From Candidatus Saccharimonadota bacterium (GTDB lineage: Bacteria > Patescibacteriota > Saccharimonadia > Saccharimonadales > Saccharimonadaceae), in the NCBI GenBank assembly GCA_023898645.1, contig CP060232.1, positions 1,080,001 through 1,112,000 on the forward strand: DNA of 32,000 nt, given 5' to 3'. Positions 9,330 to 18,699 of this stretch are shown one piece after another (positions within the stretch are counted from its first letter, which is position 1; every line of letters begins with the position of its first letter). The translations under genes were made by a program, and so were the position numbers. The notes under the pieces were generated by a model, which was not told the origin of the DNA, did not search any database, and was given only the letters and a program-made list of their open reading frames with translations.

Positions 9330-9620
9330 ATGTATTACCCTGAAGAAACGAGATGGGTTATGACGCAAAAATTGCGAGGCGTATTTCGAACCAACGAAAC
9401 GTCCGAGCAGGTGGCTCATCAGGTTGAACTTTCGCAAAAAAGCGCACAGCCCGTAAAAATAGCCACCGATACAGGTACCTCATTTGTCGCTACTTTTGTT
9501 AAAGAGCAAAACCAAGTGGCCGTCGGTACCACCGAATCGGGTGAAAGTATTGCGATATTCCTAGGAGAAAGAGCTCGTCGCTCCGTACTTCATGGAACAA
9601 TTGTCATTGAAAGCCCGTAG
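9330..9620 (+). CDS. Hypothetical small protein
   Basis: 96 aa. Upstream is TTGACC-17 nt-TATCAT, 4 nt before the ATG. A strong terminator follows immediately. Confidence 0.45.
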   Translation: MYYPEETRWVMTQKLRGVFRTNETSEQVAHQVELSQKSAQPVKIATDTGTSFVATFVKEQNQVAVGTTESGESIAIFLGERARRSVLHGTIVIESP

Positions 9621-9660
9621 CCAGTGTCGTTTGTGTAACACATTCGACACTGGCTTTTTC
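9619..9660 (+). terminator. Rho-independent terminator
   Basis: An 11-bp stem, AGCCAGTGTCG / CGACACTGGCT, followed by TTTTC. It overlaps the stop codon. Confidence 0.8.
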
Positions 9661-9667
9661 AATATAC

Positions 9668-10156
9668 TTACTCAGACTTAAGCAAAGTGCCTTTTTCGGC
9701 AGCAGGCAAAAAATTACCAGCATTAACAAGTTCGCCGATTTCATTCAAACCAGTTTGCATAGAGATAGCAGCACCGTGAGAATCAAATAATGAAATCACG
9801 GCCAAATTTTGAGCCGCACTGTAATCCAATAATGCAGCACCTGCTGATTTATTTTCGCTAAGAGACGTATACACGGCTTGCTGACCACCAACACCAGCAT
9901 CAATTACTGTTCTTCCCTGAAGTAAAAGCCCCTCTACAAACGCCGTTACTGCAGTTTTATCGGCAATTTGCGACGTCACGACAGCAACACTGCCGTCTTC
10001 TGGAAGCCATTCTGCAAACGCCTTGCCGACATTCCATACGTATTCGGTGGCCATAGAGTCTCCGAGATGAACGCGAATATCTGCATCAGAAAATATTGTT
10101 CCCATATGGAATAATTGTATACCACGCCCGTGTAACGTCCAAAACATTTGTGTCAA
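9668..10156 (-). CDS. Phosphoglucomutase/phosphomannomutase domain-I-like protein (stand-alone, catalytic loop not evident)
   Basis: The segment IFSDADIRVHLGD...VGKAFAEWLPEDGSVAVV...LLLQGRTVIDAGV aligns by eye with the N-terminal alpha/beta domain I of PGM/PMM enzymes. No T/S-x-S-H-N-P phosphoserine loop is present (DYSAAQN occupies that position). The true start may be the ATG at 10105 (MGTIFSD). Confidence 0.4.
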   Translation of the reverse strand: MTQMFWTLHGRGIQLFHMGTIFSDADIRVHLGDSMATEYVWNVGKAFAEWLPEDGSVAVVTSQIADKTAVTAFVEGLLLQGRTVIDAGVGGQQAVYTSLSENKSAGAALLDYSAAQNLAVISLFDSHGAAISMQTGLNEIGELVNAGNFLPAAEKGTLLKSE

Positions 10157-10184
10157 AAATTAGCGTAGGTAGTATACTGGCTAT

Positions 10185-11225
10185 ATGAATATACGCTTTG
10201 CTGCTAATGGCGAAATTGCCTCATGGGACTCCAAGGTTCTTTCTAATCCCGACGGCGGAAATGTATTCCAAAGTGAAGAATTCGCAGATCAAAAAAAGTT
10301 ATCTGGCTGGGAACCACGATTTATCTTCGCAGATGAAACCGCTATAACCGTACTCGAAAAGAGCGTGTTTGGCCTAGGAAAATTATGGTACATACCCAAG
10401 GGCCCGGGAGTTTCTAGCGTAGAACAACTTGGCGACATACTACCCATGCTGAACGAGTTTGCCAACGAAAACGGCGTTTTCGCCATCAAGATTGAGCCTG
10501 AACTTATAAAGACAAGTGAAACCATGGAAGCCCTCGAAAAACTTGGGCTGACGCCCACCTCACCAATACAACCCAACTTTTCGACAGTGCTTATTGATAT
10601 TTCACCAGATCCTAACGAAATCATCGCAAATCTCAACCAAACAAGTCGTCATGCCATGCGACGCGCTGAACGCGATGGTGTAAAAGTAAATGCTGTTGAA
10701 TCCGACAATGTGAATTGTAAGCTGTTTTATGACCTACTCTCTGATACAGCTGCGAACTCATTCAACATCCGATCCTATGACTATTACTACAAATTTTGGA
10801 AGCGTTTTGCTGATGCCGGCCTAGGACAGCTATTTTTCACCTACTACAACGATAAACTAGTGGCAGGTGCGTTCGCTATGGTTTTCGGCGAAAAAAGCAT
10901 TTATAAAGACGGCGCCAGTGTCCGGGAGAAAACTGCATATGGTGCAAGCCATTTATTACAGTTACACGTTATGCAGTGGGCAAAACTACAGGGTTCAAAG
11001 ATGCACGATCTTGGCGGCTCACCACCAAGCGATCAAATCGGCAATAAAGATCACCCCCACTACGGCATAGGTGTATTTAAAACGAGCTTCAATAAACAAG
11101 TTACCGACTATGTTGGAGCCTTTGACTTGGTTGTTAAACCCACAAAGTACCGATGGTGGAAACAGTTTGGCGAACGAACCGTGCAGCGCCTGTGGTGGCG
11201 AAAGCATCAAGAAAGCTGGTATTAA
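10185..11225 (+). CDS. FemAB-family peptidoglycan peptide-bridge aminoacyltransferase (FemX-like), copy 1
   Basis: 346 aa. The N-terminus resembles FemX (W-D-x-F... VFQSEEFADQKKLSGWEP), and the acyltransferase-fold length and layout are typical of PF02388. TATACT-6 nt-ATG lies upstream. Confidence 0.8.
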   Translation: MNIRFAANGEIASWDSKVLSNPDGGNVFQSEEFADQKKLSGWEPRFIFADETAITVLEKSVFGLGKLWYIPKGPGVSSVEQLGDILPMLNEFANENGVFAIKIEPELIKTSETMEALEKLGLTPTSPIQPNFSTVLIDISPDPNEIIANLNQTSRHAMRRAERDGVKVNAVESDNVNCKLFYDLLSDTAANSFNIRSYDYYYKFWKRFADAGLGQLFFTYYNDKLVAGAFAMVFGEKSIYKDGASVREKTAYGASHLLQLHVMQWAKLQGSKMHDLGGSPPSDQIGNKDHPHYGIGVFKTSFNKQVTDYVGAFDLVVKPTKYRWWKQFGERTVQRLWWRKHQESWY

Positions 11226-12511
11226 GACTCTCCTATTAGCTCTCGGACAACGTCAGCATCGTTCCAAGGCATACGTTTACCCTCTATAATTCGAAATTTT
11301 TCGTGCCCCATACCGGTTATTAACACCATGTCACCCTTTTTAGCCACGGCAAGCGCCTTTTTGATGGCATCACGACGATCAGCAATTTCTGTCGTTTTTG
11401 CGATCCCTTTTGCTTTTTCTATTCCAGCCATAATATCTTGTCGGATGGCATCAGGATTTTCGTTATAGCTCTCTTCGTCGGTCAAAATTATACGATCAGC
11501 CAACCTTGAAGCAATTTCACCCATAATCGGTCGTTTAGTTTTATCACGATCACCACATGCGCCAAAAACGAGTACGACACGATTTTTAGTTATCTCTTTG
11601 GAAGCAACCAAAAACTTTTCGAGAGCATCGGGTGTATGAGCATAGTCCACTATCACGTCGTACTCTTTGCCTGTCTCAACTCGCTCAAATCGGCCCGGTA
11701 CGCCATCAAGATTAGCGACGCCCTCAATGATGTCATTTAGCCCTACGCCAAGCAAATAAGCCGCTGCAGAGGCAGCAGTCATGTTGTATACGTTAAACTC
11801 ACCAGGTAGTGCTGTGGCTAGCTCCAGCTTTGTCTGATGGTCAATAACGATTGTTGCTTCACTGCCCTTGCGAAACAGTTTGGTACGCTCTATCTTCGCT
11901 TCGGCATCATCATGCTTTCCGTAGGTAATCTTTTGAGCTGCAGCTTGAGCTTTATTAAAATAATCAAACCACTCATCATCACGATTTAAAACAATAAACT
12001 CTGGTTCATTCATGAAAAGTTTCGCTTTAGCCGCAGCATAATTTTCCATCGTACCGTGATAATCCAGATGATCCTGTGTCAGATTCGTCATGATAGCCAT
12101 GTGAATTGGAACGCCATCTAGTTTATGCTGATCAAGAGCGTGGCTAGTAATTTCAAGTAGCGTGTAGTCTACCTTTGCGCGTTTAGCGTCGCGAAAGAAT
12201 CGTTGCATTTGAGCGGTCGAAGCCACAGTTGCATTAAGATCGTTTATTTTGCGATTATCAGCGATTTCAATTACCGCTGTTGTAAACATTGCTGTTTTAT
12301 AGCCAGCTTCTTTAAGAATTTCGTTGATGTAGTTCAACGTTGTTGTTTTGCCATTTGTCCCTGTAATACCGATGACTTTCAGTTTTTTAGACGGATTACG
12401 GTATCGCGTACGAACTAATCTGACTCGGCCCTTACGATACGTACTCTCAAGATGTTTTACGGCGCCTTTCGGTAATGCCTTTCGTGCCCCCTTTACGAGT
12501 AATTGCTTCAT
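11222..12511 (-). CDS. murE: Mur ligase, MurE-type (UDP-MurNAc-L-Ala-D-Glu:diamino acid ligase) with a very short N-terminal domain
   Basis: P-loop GITGTNGKTTT at about aa 49, and a DYAHTPDALEKFL motif characteristic of MurE. I cannot find a DNPR (meso-DAP-specifying) motif; the corresponding region reads TDEESYNENP. Confidence 0.8.
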   Translation of the reverse strand: MKQLLVKGARKALPKGAVKHLESTYRKGRVRLVRTRYRNPSKKLKVIGITGTNGKTTTLNYINEILKEAGYKTAMFTTAVIEIADNRKINDLNATVASTAQMQRFFRDAKRAKVDYTLLEITSHALDQHKLDGVPIHMAIMTNLTQDHLDYHGTMENYAAAKAKLFMNEPEFIVLNRDDEWFDYFNKAQAAAQKITYGKHDDAEAKIERTKLFRKGSEATIVIDHQTKLELATALPGEFNVYNMTAASAAAYLLGVGLNDIIEGVANLDGVPGRFERVETGKEYDVIVDYAHTPDALEKFLVASKEITKNRVVLVFGACGDRDKTKRPIMGEIASRLADRIILTDEESYNENPDAIRQDIMAGIEKAKGIAKTTEIADRRDAIKKALAVAKKGDMVLITGMGHEKFRIIEGKRMPWNDADVVRELIGES

Positions 12512-12554
12512 GCAACCAGTGTAGCATCTTTACAGGCATGGTACAGTAGTAAGA

Positions 12555-13715
12555 GTGAAAATATTAGGCATAGAAACCAGTTGTGACGAAACTGCGGCGG
12601 CGGTAGTAGAAAATGGTCACATTTTACTAAGTAACGTCATTCAGACGCAGATTGATATACACGTACAGTACGGCGGGGTCGTGCCTGAAGTGGCGGCACG
12701 TAGCCACATAGAGGTCGTCAATCCTGTCATAAATCGGGCACTATCAGATGCAAACTGCACATGGGACGACATTGATGCTATAGCAGTCACCTATGCACCG
12801 GGTCTTATCGGCTCCCTACTCGTCGGCACACTTGCTGCACGAACGCTCGCTATCATCCACGACAAACCGTTGTATGCAATACATCATGTTGAGGCTCATG
12901 TTTACGCAAACTTCCTTACAGAACAGGGGCGAACACCAAATCATTCACCTGACGAACTTGTCCCTCTGGCGCAGTCCGGTGCGACAGGAGCTACGGGCGG
13001 AACAATCACTCAGACCGAGCTAACTTTGCCATCAAAGCAGCCTGATTTCCCCATATTGGCACTGATTGTTAGTGGTGGTCATACACAGCTTGTAATGTTC
13101 CGTGACCATGGTGACTTTGAATTACTGGGTCAAACACAAGATGATGCGGTCGGAGAAGCATTCGACAAAGTCGCTAAAATTATCGGACTCCCCTATCCTG
13201 GCGGGCCCTCTATAGCTAAAGCAGCACTTAGCGGAGATCCCCATAAGTATTCGCTACCTAAGGCCAAGCTACAAAACACATACGACTTTAGCTTTTCAGG
13301 CCTTAAGACAGCCCTTCTAAGGTCCGTTCAGCATGAAACCGGTCATGATTACACGTTTCCTTCACATGCACTTCACATGCTCTTAGACGATGCCATGCGA
13401 GCAGATTTTGCTGCCAGCTTCCAGCAAATTGCCGTTGAGACGTTGGTTGATAAGACCGAACGGGCATTTAATGACCACTCCCCTGCCAGTGTTGTCATAG
13501 CAGGCGGTGTCGCCGCAAACCAGGAACTCCGCCGCCAACTGCAAGAACGATTACCGTTAAAAATTGAATACGCCCCCATGCAGGTTTGTACTGATAATGG
13601 CGCCATGATCGCAACACTCGCCTACTACTATTCACAGACTATGCCCGCGGCTGATCCCTTCGACTTAGAGGTAATACCAAGTCTTTCAATGTCTAAAACT
13701 GCCTGGGCAAATTAA
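12555..13715 (+). CDS. tsaD: tRNA N6-adenosine threonylcarbamoyltransferase TsaD
   Basis: MKILGIETSCDETAAAVV, HHVEAHV metal site, VSGGHTQL, GGVAANQELR. GTG start. About 40 aa are inserted relative to typical TsaD, between the His motif and SGGHT. Confidence 0.92.
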   Translation: MKILGIETSCDETAAAVVENGHILLSNVIQTQIDIHVQYGGVVPEVAARSHIEVVNPVINRALSDANCTWDDIDAIAVTYAPGLIGSLLVGTLAARTLAIIHDKPLYAIHHVEAHVYANFLTEQGRTPNHSPDELVPLAQSGATGATGGTITQTELTLPSKQPDFPILALIVSGGHTQLVMFRDHGDFELLGQTQDDAVGEAFDKVAKIIGLPYPGGPSIAKAALSGDPHKYSLPKAKLQNTYDFSFSGLKTALLRSVQHETGHDYTFPSHALHMLLDDAMRADFAASFQQIAVETLVDKTERAFNDHSPASVVIAGGVAANQELRRQLQERLPLKIEYAPMQVCTDNGAMIATLAYYYSQTMPAADPFDLEVIPSLSMSKTAWAN

Positions 13716-13765
13716 ATAGGCCGCCTCGTGTTTAGAGGCGACCTTAGTCAACGTAGTTAGAACCC

Positions 13766-14065
13766 TTAGCTCATATCCCACGCTTCGACGTATAGCATCT
13801 CGTCTTGGGTTATGTCATTAGTATTAACGAATTTACATTCCCCATGGATTTCTAGGGGTAAAATGGCACTCGCTAAAATCTCGTAAGAAACCGGATATCC
13901 ACTTTTACACAGTGCCGAACCGTGCCCATCTCTTACTGCACGATCAAATTGTTGCGTTCCTCTGATACAGTGTTTACCCCAGGAGTTGCTCCATCTGGCA
14001 ACGATTGTCGTCCTGTCTGCGCGGAAAACCGTGATTTCAAATCCCAACGCCATAATAGCTCTCAA
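13766..14065 (-). CDS. Hypothetical small protein (weak call)
   Basis: 99-aa ORF with a TTG start. An internal ATG at 14053 has a GAGAG SD-like box. No motif recognised. Confidence 0.3.
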   Translation of the reverse strand: MRAIMALGFEITVFRADRTTIVARWSNSWGKHCIRGTQQFDRAVRDGHGSALCKSGYPVSYEILASAILPLEIHGECKFVNTNDITQDEMLYVEAWDMS

Positions 14066-14141
14066 TTCTATTGTCGAAGTACTGGTAAACCTCTGTTTAC
14101 AGTAGAAATACTTTACTATGTATTTTTGGTTTTTGCAAATC

Positions 14142-15125
14142 TTATCGCTTTAGCGCACGGACTACTTTTTTACCATAAGGTAATAGTGTGTTCCACATTA
14201 CATACAGAGGTGAGAGCGGCTTATCATATGTCCCTACGAGCGTATCCTCGTGATCTGCAAAGCCACGTTTGAAATTGCTCACCCCGTCACTAACTAATCC
14301 GTTCATGTCATAACGCTCCACACCCCACTCTTTCATCTTGCATATCGCATGCCACTTGAGTGCATAGTTAGCGCGTAATTCCTGACCATCGTCATTCATG
14401 CCGCCATAAAGTTCAAAGGCCGTATGAGCACTGATAGCAAGCCACAAAAATGCGATAGGCCATCCGTTCCGATATGCCGCAAACACCGGCGAAGCGTCAC
14501 CAAGATTTTCAAATACATCGTAATAATATTGGTCGTCATGAAGCGCAAAACCCGCACGCTCAGCTGTCAGTCGGTAAATCTGCATACACTTTTCAAGCTC
14601 TTCTCTATCTTTAACTTGGCGTAACTCAACACCTTCCTCGCCACCCGACTTACGAATATATTGTCGTGTTTTTTTATTCATCGGAGCCAACAATTCGTCC
14701 TCGGACATACTGAGGTCAAGAATTAATGTTTGTGGTATCAATATCGTGTTGCTACTTTTACGCCACCCTTTTAATAATGCGGGAAGTTCAGACCAATCCG
14801 GTTCAATCGTCAGCACCACTGCCCCGTATTGAGAACGGGCGTGATTTGTAAGTGCCCCTAGTACATCCCCTACTCCACTACCAGAGACAACAGGGCCCCT
14901 GGGTATGTAGGCAACAGAGTTAAATGGCCAAGGAAGTCTCCTTCGTAATACTTGCGCCGCCCCTACAATATGTTCGTCCATATCATAGGCAAACAATCGC
15001 TCAACTTTCCAGCCATGCGCAGCCTTTGTTTCTCCCCAACCCCAGAGCTGCAGTGGATGACCGTCATTTTCTAATACGAATTCATCCCACTCTTCTCTGT
15101 TTTCACACACTTTCAAAGAAATCAT
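14142..15125 (-). CDS. FemAB-family peptidoglycan peptide-bridge aminoacyltransferase, copy 2
   Basis: MISLKVCENREEWDEFVLENDGHPLQLWGWGETKAAHGW matches the usual FemX N-terminus. I chose the start at 15125 because TATAAT lies 6 nt upstream; the ORF itself is open to 15209. Confidence 0.8.
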   Translation of the reverse strand: MISLKVCENREEWDEFVLENDGHPLQLWGWGETKAAHGWKVERLFAYDMDEHIVGAAQVLRRRLPWPFNSVAYIPRGPVVSGSGVGDVLGALTNHARSQYGAVVLTIEPDWSELPALLKGWRKSSNTILIPQTLILDLSMSEDELLAPMNKKTRQYIRKSGGEEGVELRQVKDREELEKCMQIYRLTAERAGFALHDDQYYYDVFENLGDASPVFAAYRNGWPIAFLWLAISAHTAFELYGGMNDDGQELRANYALKWHAICKMKEWGVERYDMNGLVSDGVSNFKRGFADHEDTLVGTYDKPLSPLYVMWNTLLPYGKKVVRALKR

Positions 15126-15295
15126 GCTTGTATTATACATGTTCTTTCGGTGTGGTATAATTGATGTTGAAAATAAGTTCGGGATGTGGCGCACTAACAT
15201 AAATTTCACGTGAAATGTTGAAAGACAGATTATCTTTGCACGTGAAAATTGTTACGCTTGAGCACCCCTTAAACAAACCGGAGTTAGTAACCTTC

Positions 15296-17845
15296 ATGAA
15301 ATTGGCAAAGGCCTACAACCCACAAGAATTCGAACCGACGATTTATCAGATGTGGGAAAACTCGGGCTCATTCAAACCCGGTAACGGGGGAGAGCCCTAC
15401 AGCATAGTCATGCCACCGGCAAATGCAAACGGTAATCTTCATATTGGTCATGCACTAACCATTGGTTTAGAGGATATTCTCGCCCGTTACTACCGCATGA
15501 AGGGCAGGGATGTCATATATGTGCCCGGGGAAGACCATGCAGGCCTGGAAACCTGGGTTGTTTATGAACGTGAACTCGAAAAAGAAGGCCGATCACGCCA
15601 CGAATTTAGTCGCGAGGAAAACTTCACGAAAGTAAGCGAATTTGTTAATGCCCACAGAGGTAATACAGAACAGCAAGTGCGAGCACTCGGAGCGAGCGTA
15701 TCATGGGACGATCTCACGTACACACTCGATGAAAAGGTAGTAAAACGCTCGTATAAAACCTTTAAAAAAATGTGGGACGAAGGCCTTATTTACAGGGGCG
15801 AACGCATCGTTAACTACAGCACGAAATACCAGACTGGTTATGCTGATATTGAGGTGAACCACAAAGTAGAGAAGGGGACGCTCTGGAAAATCGCATACCC
15901 TGTCATAGACCATGTTGCCGAAATTATCGTTGCAACCACAAGACCAGAAACCCTCCTGGGGGACACGGCGATTGCCGTACACCCAGACGACGAACGCTAT
16001 AAGCACCTTGTAGGCTCACACGTTTTAGTACCGTTAACGCAGCGAGAGATTCCTGTCATTGCCGATGAACATGTCGATCCAAGTTTTGGTACCGGCGCAG
16101 TCAAAGTAACCCCTGCACACGATCCAAACGACTTCGAAATAGGGGAGCGTCACAAGTTACCGCGCATCCAGGTTATTGGCTATGACGGGAAGATGATAAA
16201 TGTACCCGCACAATTCATGGGTCTCGACGTAGATAAAGCACGAAAAGAAGTACTTGAATCACTAAAAACCGAATCAATGCTAAGAGGTAAAGACGAAATT
16301 GAACACTCTGTTGGCTATGATTACAAGAGCGGCATACCGATTCAGCCACTCATAAAAGAGCAGTGGTTTATCAACATGAAACCTCTAGCCGAGCGAGCTC
16401 TTACTATTCTCCGTGCTGACGAAATCAAATTCTATCCCGCTAGCAAAAAAACAGCACTGATCAATTACCTAGAGAATATCCGCGACTGGAACCTTAGTCG
16501 GCAGATACCATGGGGCATTCCAATACCCGCATTTCAAAGCACTAAGAACAGTGAAGATTGGATATTCGACGAAAGAGTAGACCAAAAGACTATTGTTGTA
16601 GATGGTACAACATACAAAAGAGAAGAAGACACATTCGACACATGGTTTAGTAGCGGTCAATGGCCCTACGTCACAACAGATTTCCTGGAAGATGGTGAAC
16701 TCGCAAGATTCTATCCATTAAATGTCATGGAAACTGGCTATGACATCCTGTATCCGTGGGTTGGACGCATGATAATGCTCGGTCTATACGCAACTGACCA
16801 AGTACCCTTCAAGGAAGTCTATCTACACGGGCTTGTACTAGACGAAAAGGGTCAAAAAATGAGCAAAAGTAAAGGAAATGTGGTCAACCCAATAGATCTC
16901 GTTGAAGAATATGGCTCAGATGCACTTCGGCTTGGTCTTACGGCTAGTCGTAGCGCCGGGCAAAACCAAGCTTTTGGTACCGATCGTGTCGTAACTGGTC
17001 GCAATTTCTGCAATAAGTTATGGAACGTTGCCCGATATATTGAAGGTACGTTACCTGACGATTTCAAACTTGAGGACGCAACACCTCAAAGTCCGACAGA
17101 TCACTGGATCGTACGACAGCTAAACGAAGCAGCCTCAACAGTTTCAGAACAGATTGAAAATTATCGTTTTGCCGAGGCGCGCGAAACTATTTATCATGTT
17201 ATCTGGAATGACGTTGCTGACTGGTATATAGAGGCGAGCAAAAAGCAGCCGAACCTTCAGCTGTTGGCATGGGTACTCGATACCGTTTTGCGTCTCGCTC
17301 ATCCATTTGCGCCATTTGTAACTGAAACGATCTGGCAAACACTTGACTGGCACAATGAGTTGCTTATCGTAAGCACATGGCCAGAGCCTTTGGCCTACGA
17401 CGACATTGCAGCCGGAGAGTTTGAACAGTTAAGGGCACTAGTTATCGAAACACGTTACGTCGTTAGTGAGTTACCTGCTGGCAAAAAATATACGATGCTC
17501 TACTACCAAGATAGTCTTATAGAAGATAACGGGGAACTCATTACTTGGCTAGCACGTTTGGGCGAAGTAGCACACACTGAACAACCAAAAGGATTACGCC
17601 TAGCGATCCCAGGTCGTGAAGCATGGCTGAAGATAGATGAAAACACTCTCTATGAGCATCAGACCCGACTCGAAGTACGCCTAAAAGAAACGCGAGAGTT
17701 GAAGTATATGCTACAGAATCGACTTGATAATCCAAAATATGTACATCAGGCACCTAAGCACCTCGTAGAGGAAACGCGCGAACAGTTGGCTGAAAAACTG
17801 GCGCTCATAGAACGTCTTGAACACGAGCTTGAAGTTCTAAAGTAG
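15296..17845 (+). CDS. valS: Valyl-tRNA synthetase
   Basis: N-terminus MKLAKAYNPQEFEPTIYQMWENSGSFKP, HIGH-type GNLHIGHAL, KMSKS (GQKMSKSKGN), and a C-terminal coiled coil. The ORF is open from 15215, but those upstream 27 codons do not match the ValRS N-terminus. Confidence 0.95.
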   Translation: MKLAKAYNPQEFEPTIYQMWENSGSFKPGNGGEPYSIVMPPANANGNLHIGHALTIGLEDILARYYRMKGRDVIYVPGEDHAGLETWVVYERELEKEGRSRHEFSREENFTKVSEFVNAHRGNTEQQVRALGASVSWDDLTYTLDEKVVKRSYKTFKKMWDEGLIYRGERIVNYSTKYQTGYADIEVNHKVEKGTLWKIAYPVIDHVAEIIVATTRPETLLGDTAIAVHPDDERYKHLVGSHVLVPLTQREIPVIADEHVDPSFGTGAVKVTPAHDPNDFEIGERHKLPRIQVIGYDGKMINVPAQFMGLDVDKARKEVLESLKTESMLRGKDEIEHSVGYDYKSGIPIQPLIKEQWFINMKPLAERALTILRADEIKFYPASKKTALINYLENIRDWNLSRQIPWGIPIPAFQSTKNSEDWIFDERVDQKTIVVDGTTYKREEDTFDTWFSSGQWPYVTTDFLEDGELARFYPLNVMETGYDILYPWVGRMIMLGLYATDQVPFKEVYLHGLVLDEKGQKMSKSKGNVVNPIDLVEEYGSDALRLGLTASRSAGQNQAFGTDRVVTGRNFCNKLWNVARYIEGTLPDDFKLEDATPQSPTDHWIVRQLNEAASTVSEQIENYRFAEARETIYHVIWNDVADWYIEASKKQPNLQLLAWVLDTVLRLAHPFAPFVTETIWQTLDWHNELLIVSTWPEPLAYDDIAAGEFEQLRALVIETRYVVSELPAGKKYTMLYYQDSLIEDNGELITWLARLGEVAHTEQPKGLRLAIPGREAWLKIDENTLYEHQTRLEVRLKETRELKYMLQNRLDNPKYVHQAPKHLVEETREQLAEKLALIERLEHELEVLK

Positions 17846-17849
17846 GCTT

Positions 17850-18173
17850 TTATACACTCGGCCAAAGTATGCCGTTTGAACCAAAGAATGAGTTACGGCT
17901 GGAGTGCTTAGAAATTATATATCGGCGGTGATCGTCACGAGCTTGAATTCGCGGGTTTCCACTAAATGGCTGTGTAATAGACGCCCTCTCAACGTGTGTG
18001 TGCGCACTGTCTCCTGAATCAAGTGCATGAAGGCCAATTCCTATAGTGATAGTACCAACTGGAACCGCTAATGCGACAGCTTCATCAAATTTGGTATCAT
18101 GAACCAAAATTCCAAATGCAGTCACGATGGCGAGACTGATAATTATGCGTTGTAGTAGAGAAGTAATGAGCAT
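17850..18173 (-). CDS. Hypothetical small secreted or membrane protein (weak call)
   Basis: 107 aa with a hydrophobic N-terminus. No SD is present, but a consensus promoter lies upstream (18199-18227). Confidence 0.35.
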   Translation of the reverse strand: MLITSLLQRIIISLAIVTAFGILVHDTKFDEAVALAVPVGTITIGIGLHALDSGDSAHTHVERASITQPFSGNPRIQARDDHRRYIISKHSSRNSFFGSNGILWPSV

Positions 18174-18198
18174 GTTGGTGTTTAATGTTTACACCAGC

Positions 18199-18227
18199 AT
18201 ATTAGCATAAGTTGTATGACTTGTCAA
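18199..18227 (-). promoter_or_regulatory. Near-consensus sigma-70 promoter
   Basis: On the minus strand: TTGACA-17 nt-TAATAT. It sits between the rlmH stop and the 107-aa ORF. Confidence 0.55.
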
Positions 18228-18240
18228 TTATGTGTCGAGC

Positions 18241-18699
18241 CTAGACGTGGTGATAGGGATGTCCAGCTATTATCTGCTGTGCACGGTAAAGTTGCTCGAT
18301 AAGAATCAGACGAACCAGCTGATGTGGGAATACAAGAGGGGAGAGCGACCAGACATCATCTGCCCGTTGGTGCACTCGATCATCTACGCCATACGCGCCA
18401 CCAATCACAATCGTAATCTGTCTACTTGCTGTAAATTTACTCTCGAGCATACGTGCGAACCTCGGTGAATCAAACTCATCTCCTCGTTCGTCTAGCAACA
18501 TCACATATGCTTGGTCATCAAGACGTGAAAGTATACGCTCAGACTCGTCCTGACGCGCTGCAGAGTCGCTTAGTGCACTGTGTGGTAAAAGTACCCACTC
18601 TACGTCAAACGGCTTTTTCAGGCGATCCTGGTAGTGCTTAACGCCTCCTTCGATCCAAGACTCGTGTTTTTTACCGACAGCGATAATTTTAATTGCCAT
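18241..18699 (-). CDS. rlmH: 23S rRNA (pseudouridine1915-N3)-methyltransferase RlmH (SPOUT)
   Basis: 152 aa. MAIKIIAVGKK..., and a C-terminal PHQLVRLILIEQLYRAQQIIAGHPYH typical of RlmH. Confidence 0.9.
   Translation of the reverse strand: MAIKIIAVGKKHESWIEGGVKHYQDRLKKPFDVEWVLLPHSALSDSAARQDESERILSRLDDQAYVMLLDERGDEFDSPRFARMLESKFTASRQITIVIGGAYGVDDRVHQRADDVWSLSPLVFPHQLVRLILIEQLYRAQQIIAGHPYHHV

Noticed and set aside
15126-15295. Extended starts for the femX-like gene (15209) and valS (15215), and a T-box riboswitch upstream of valS
   Set aside because: The N-terminal extensions do not match either protein family, and promoter elements fall inside them. The leader is too short for a T-box and lacks a recognisable T-box/specifier architecture.
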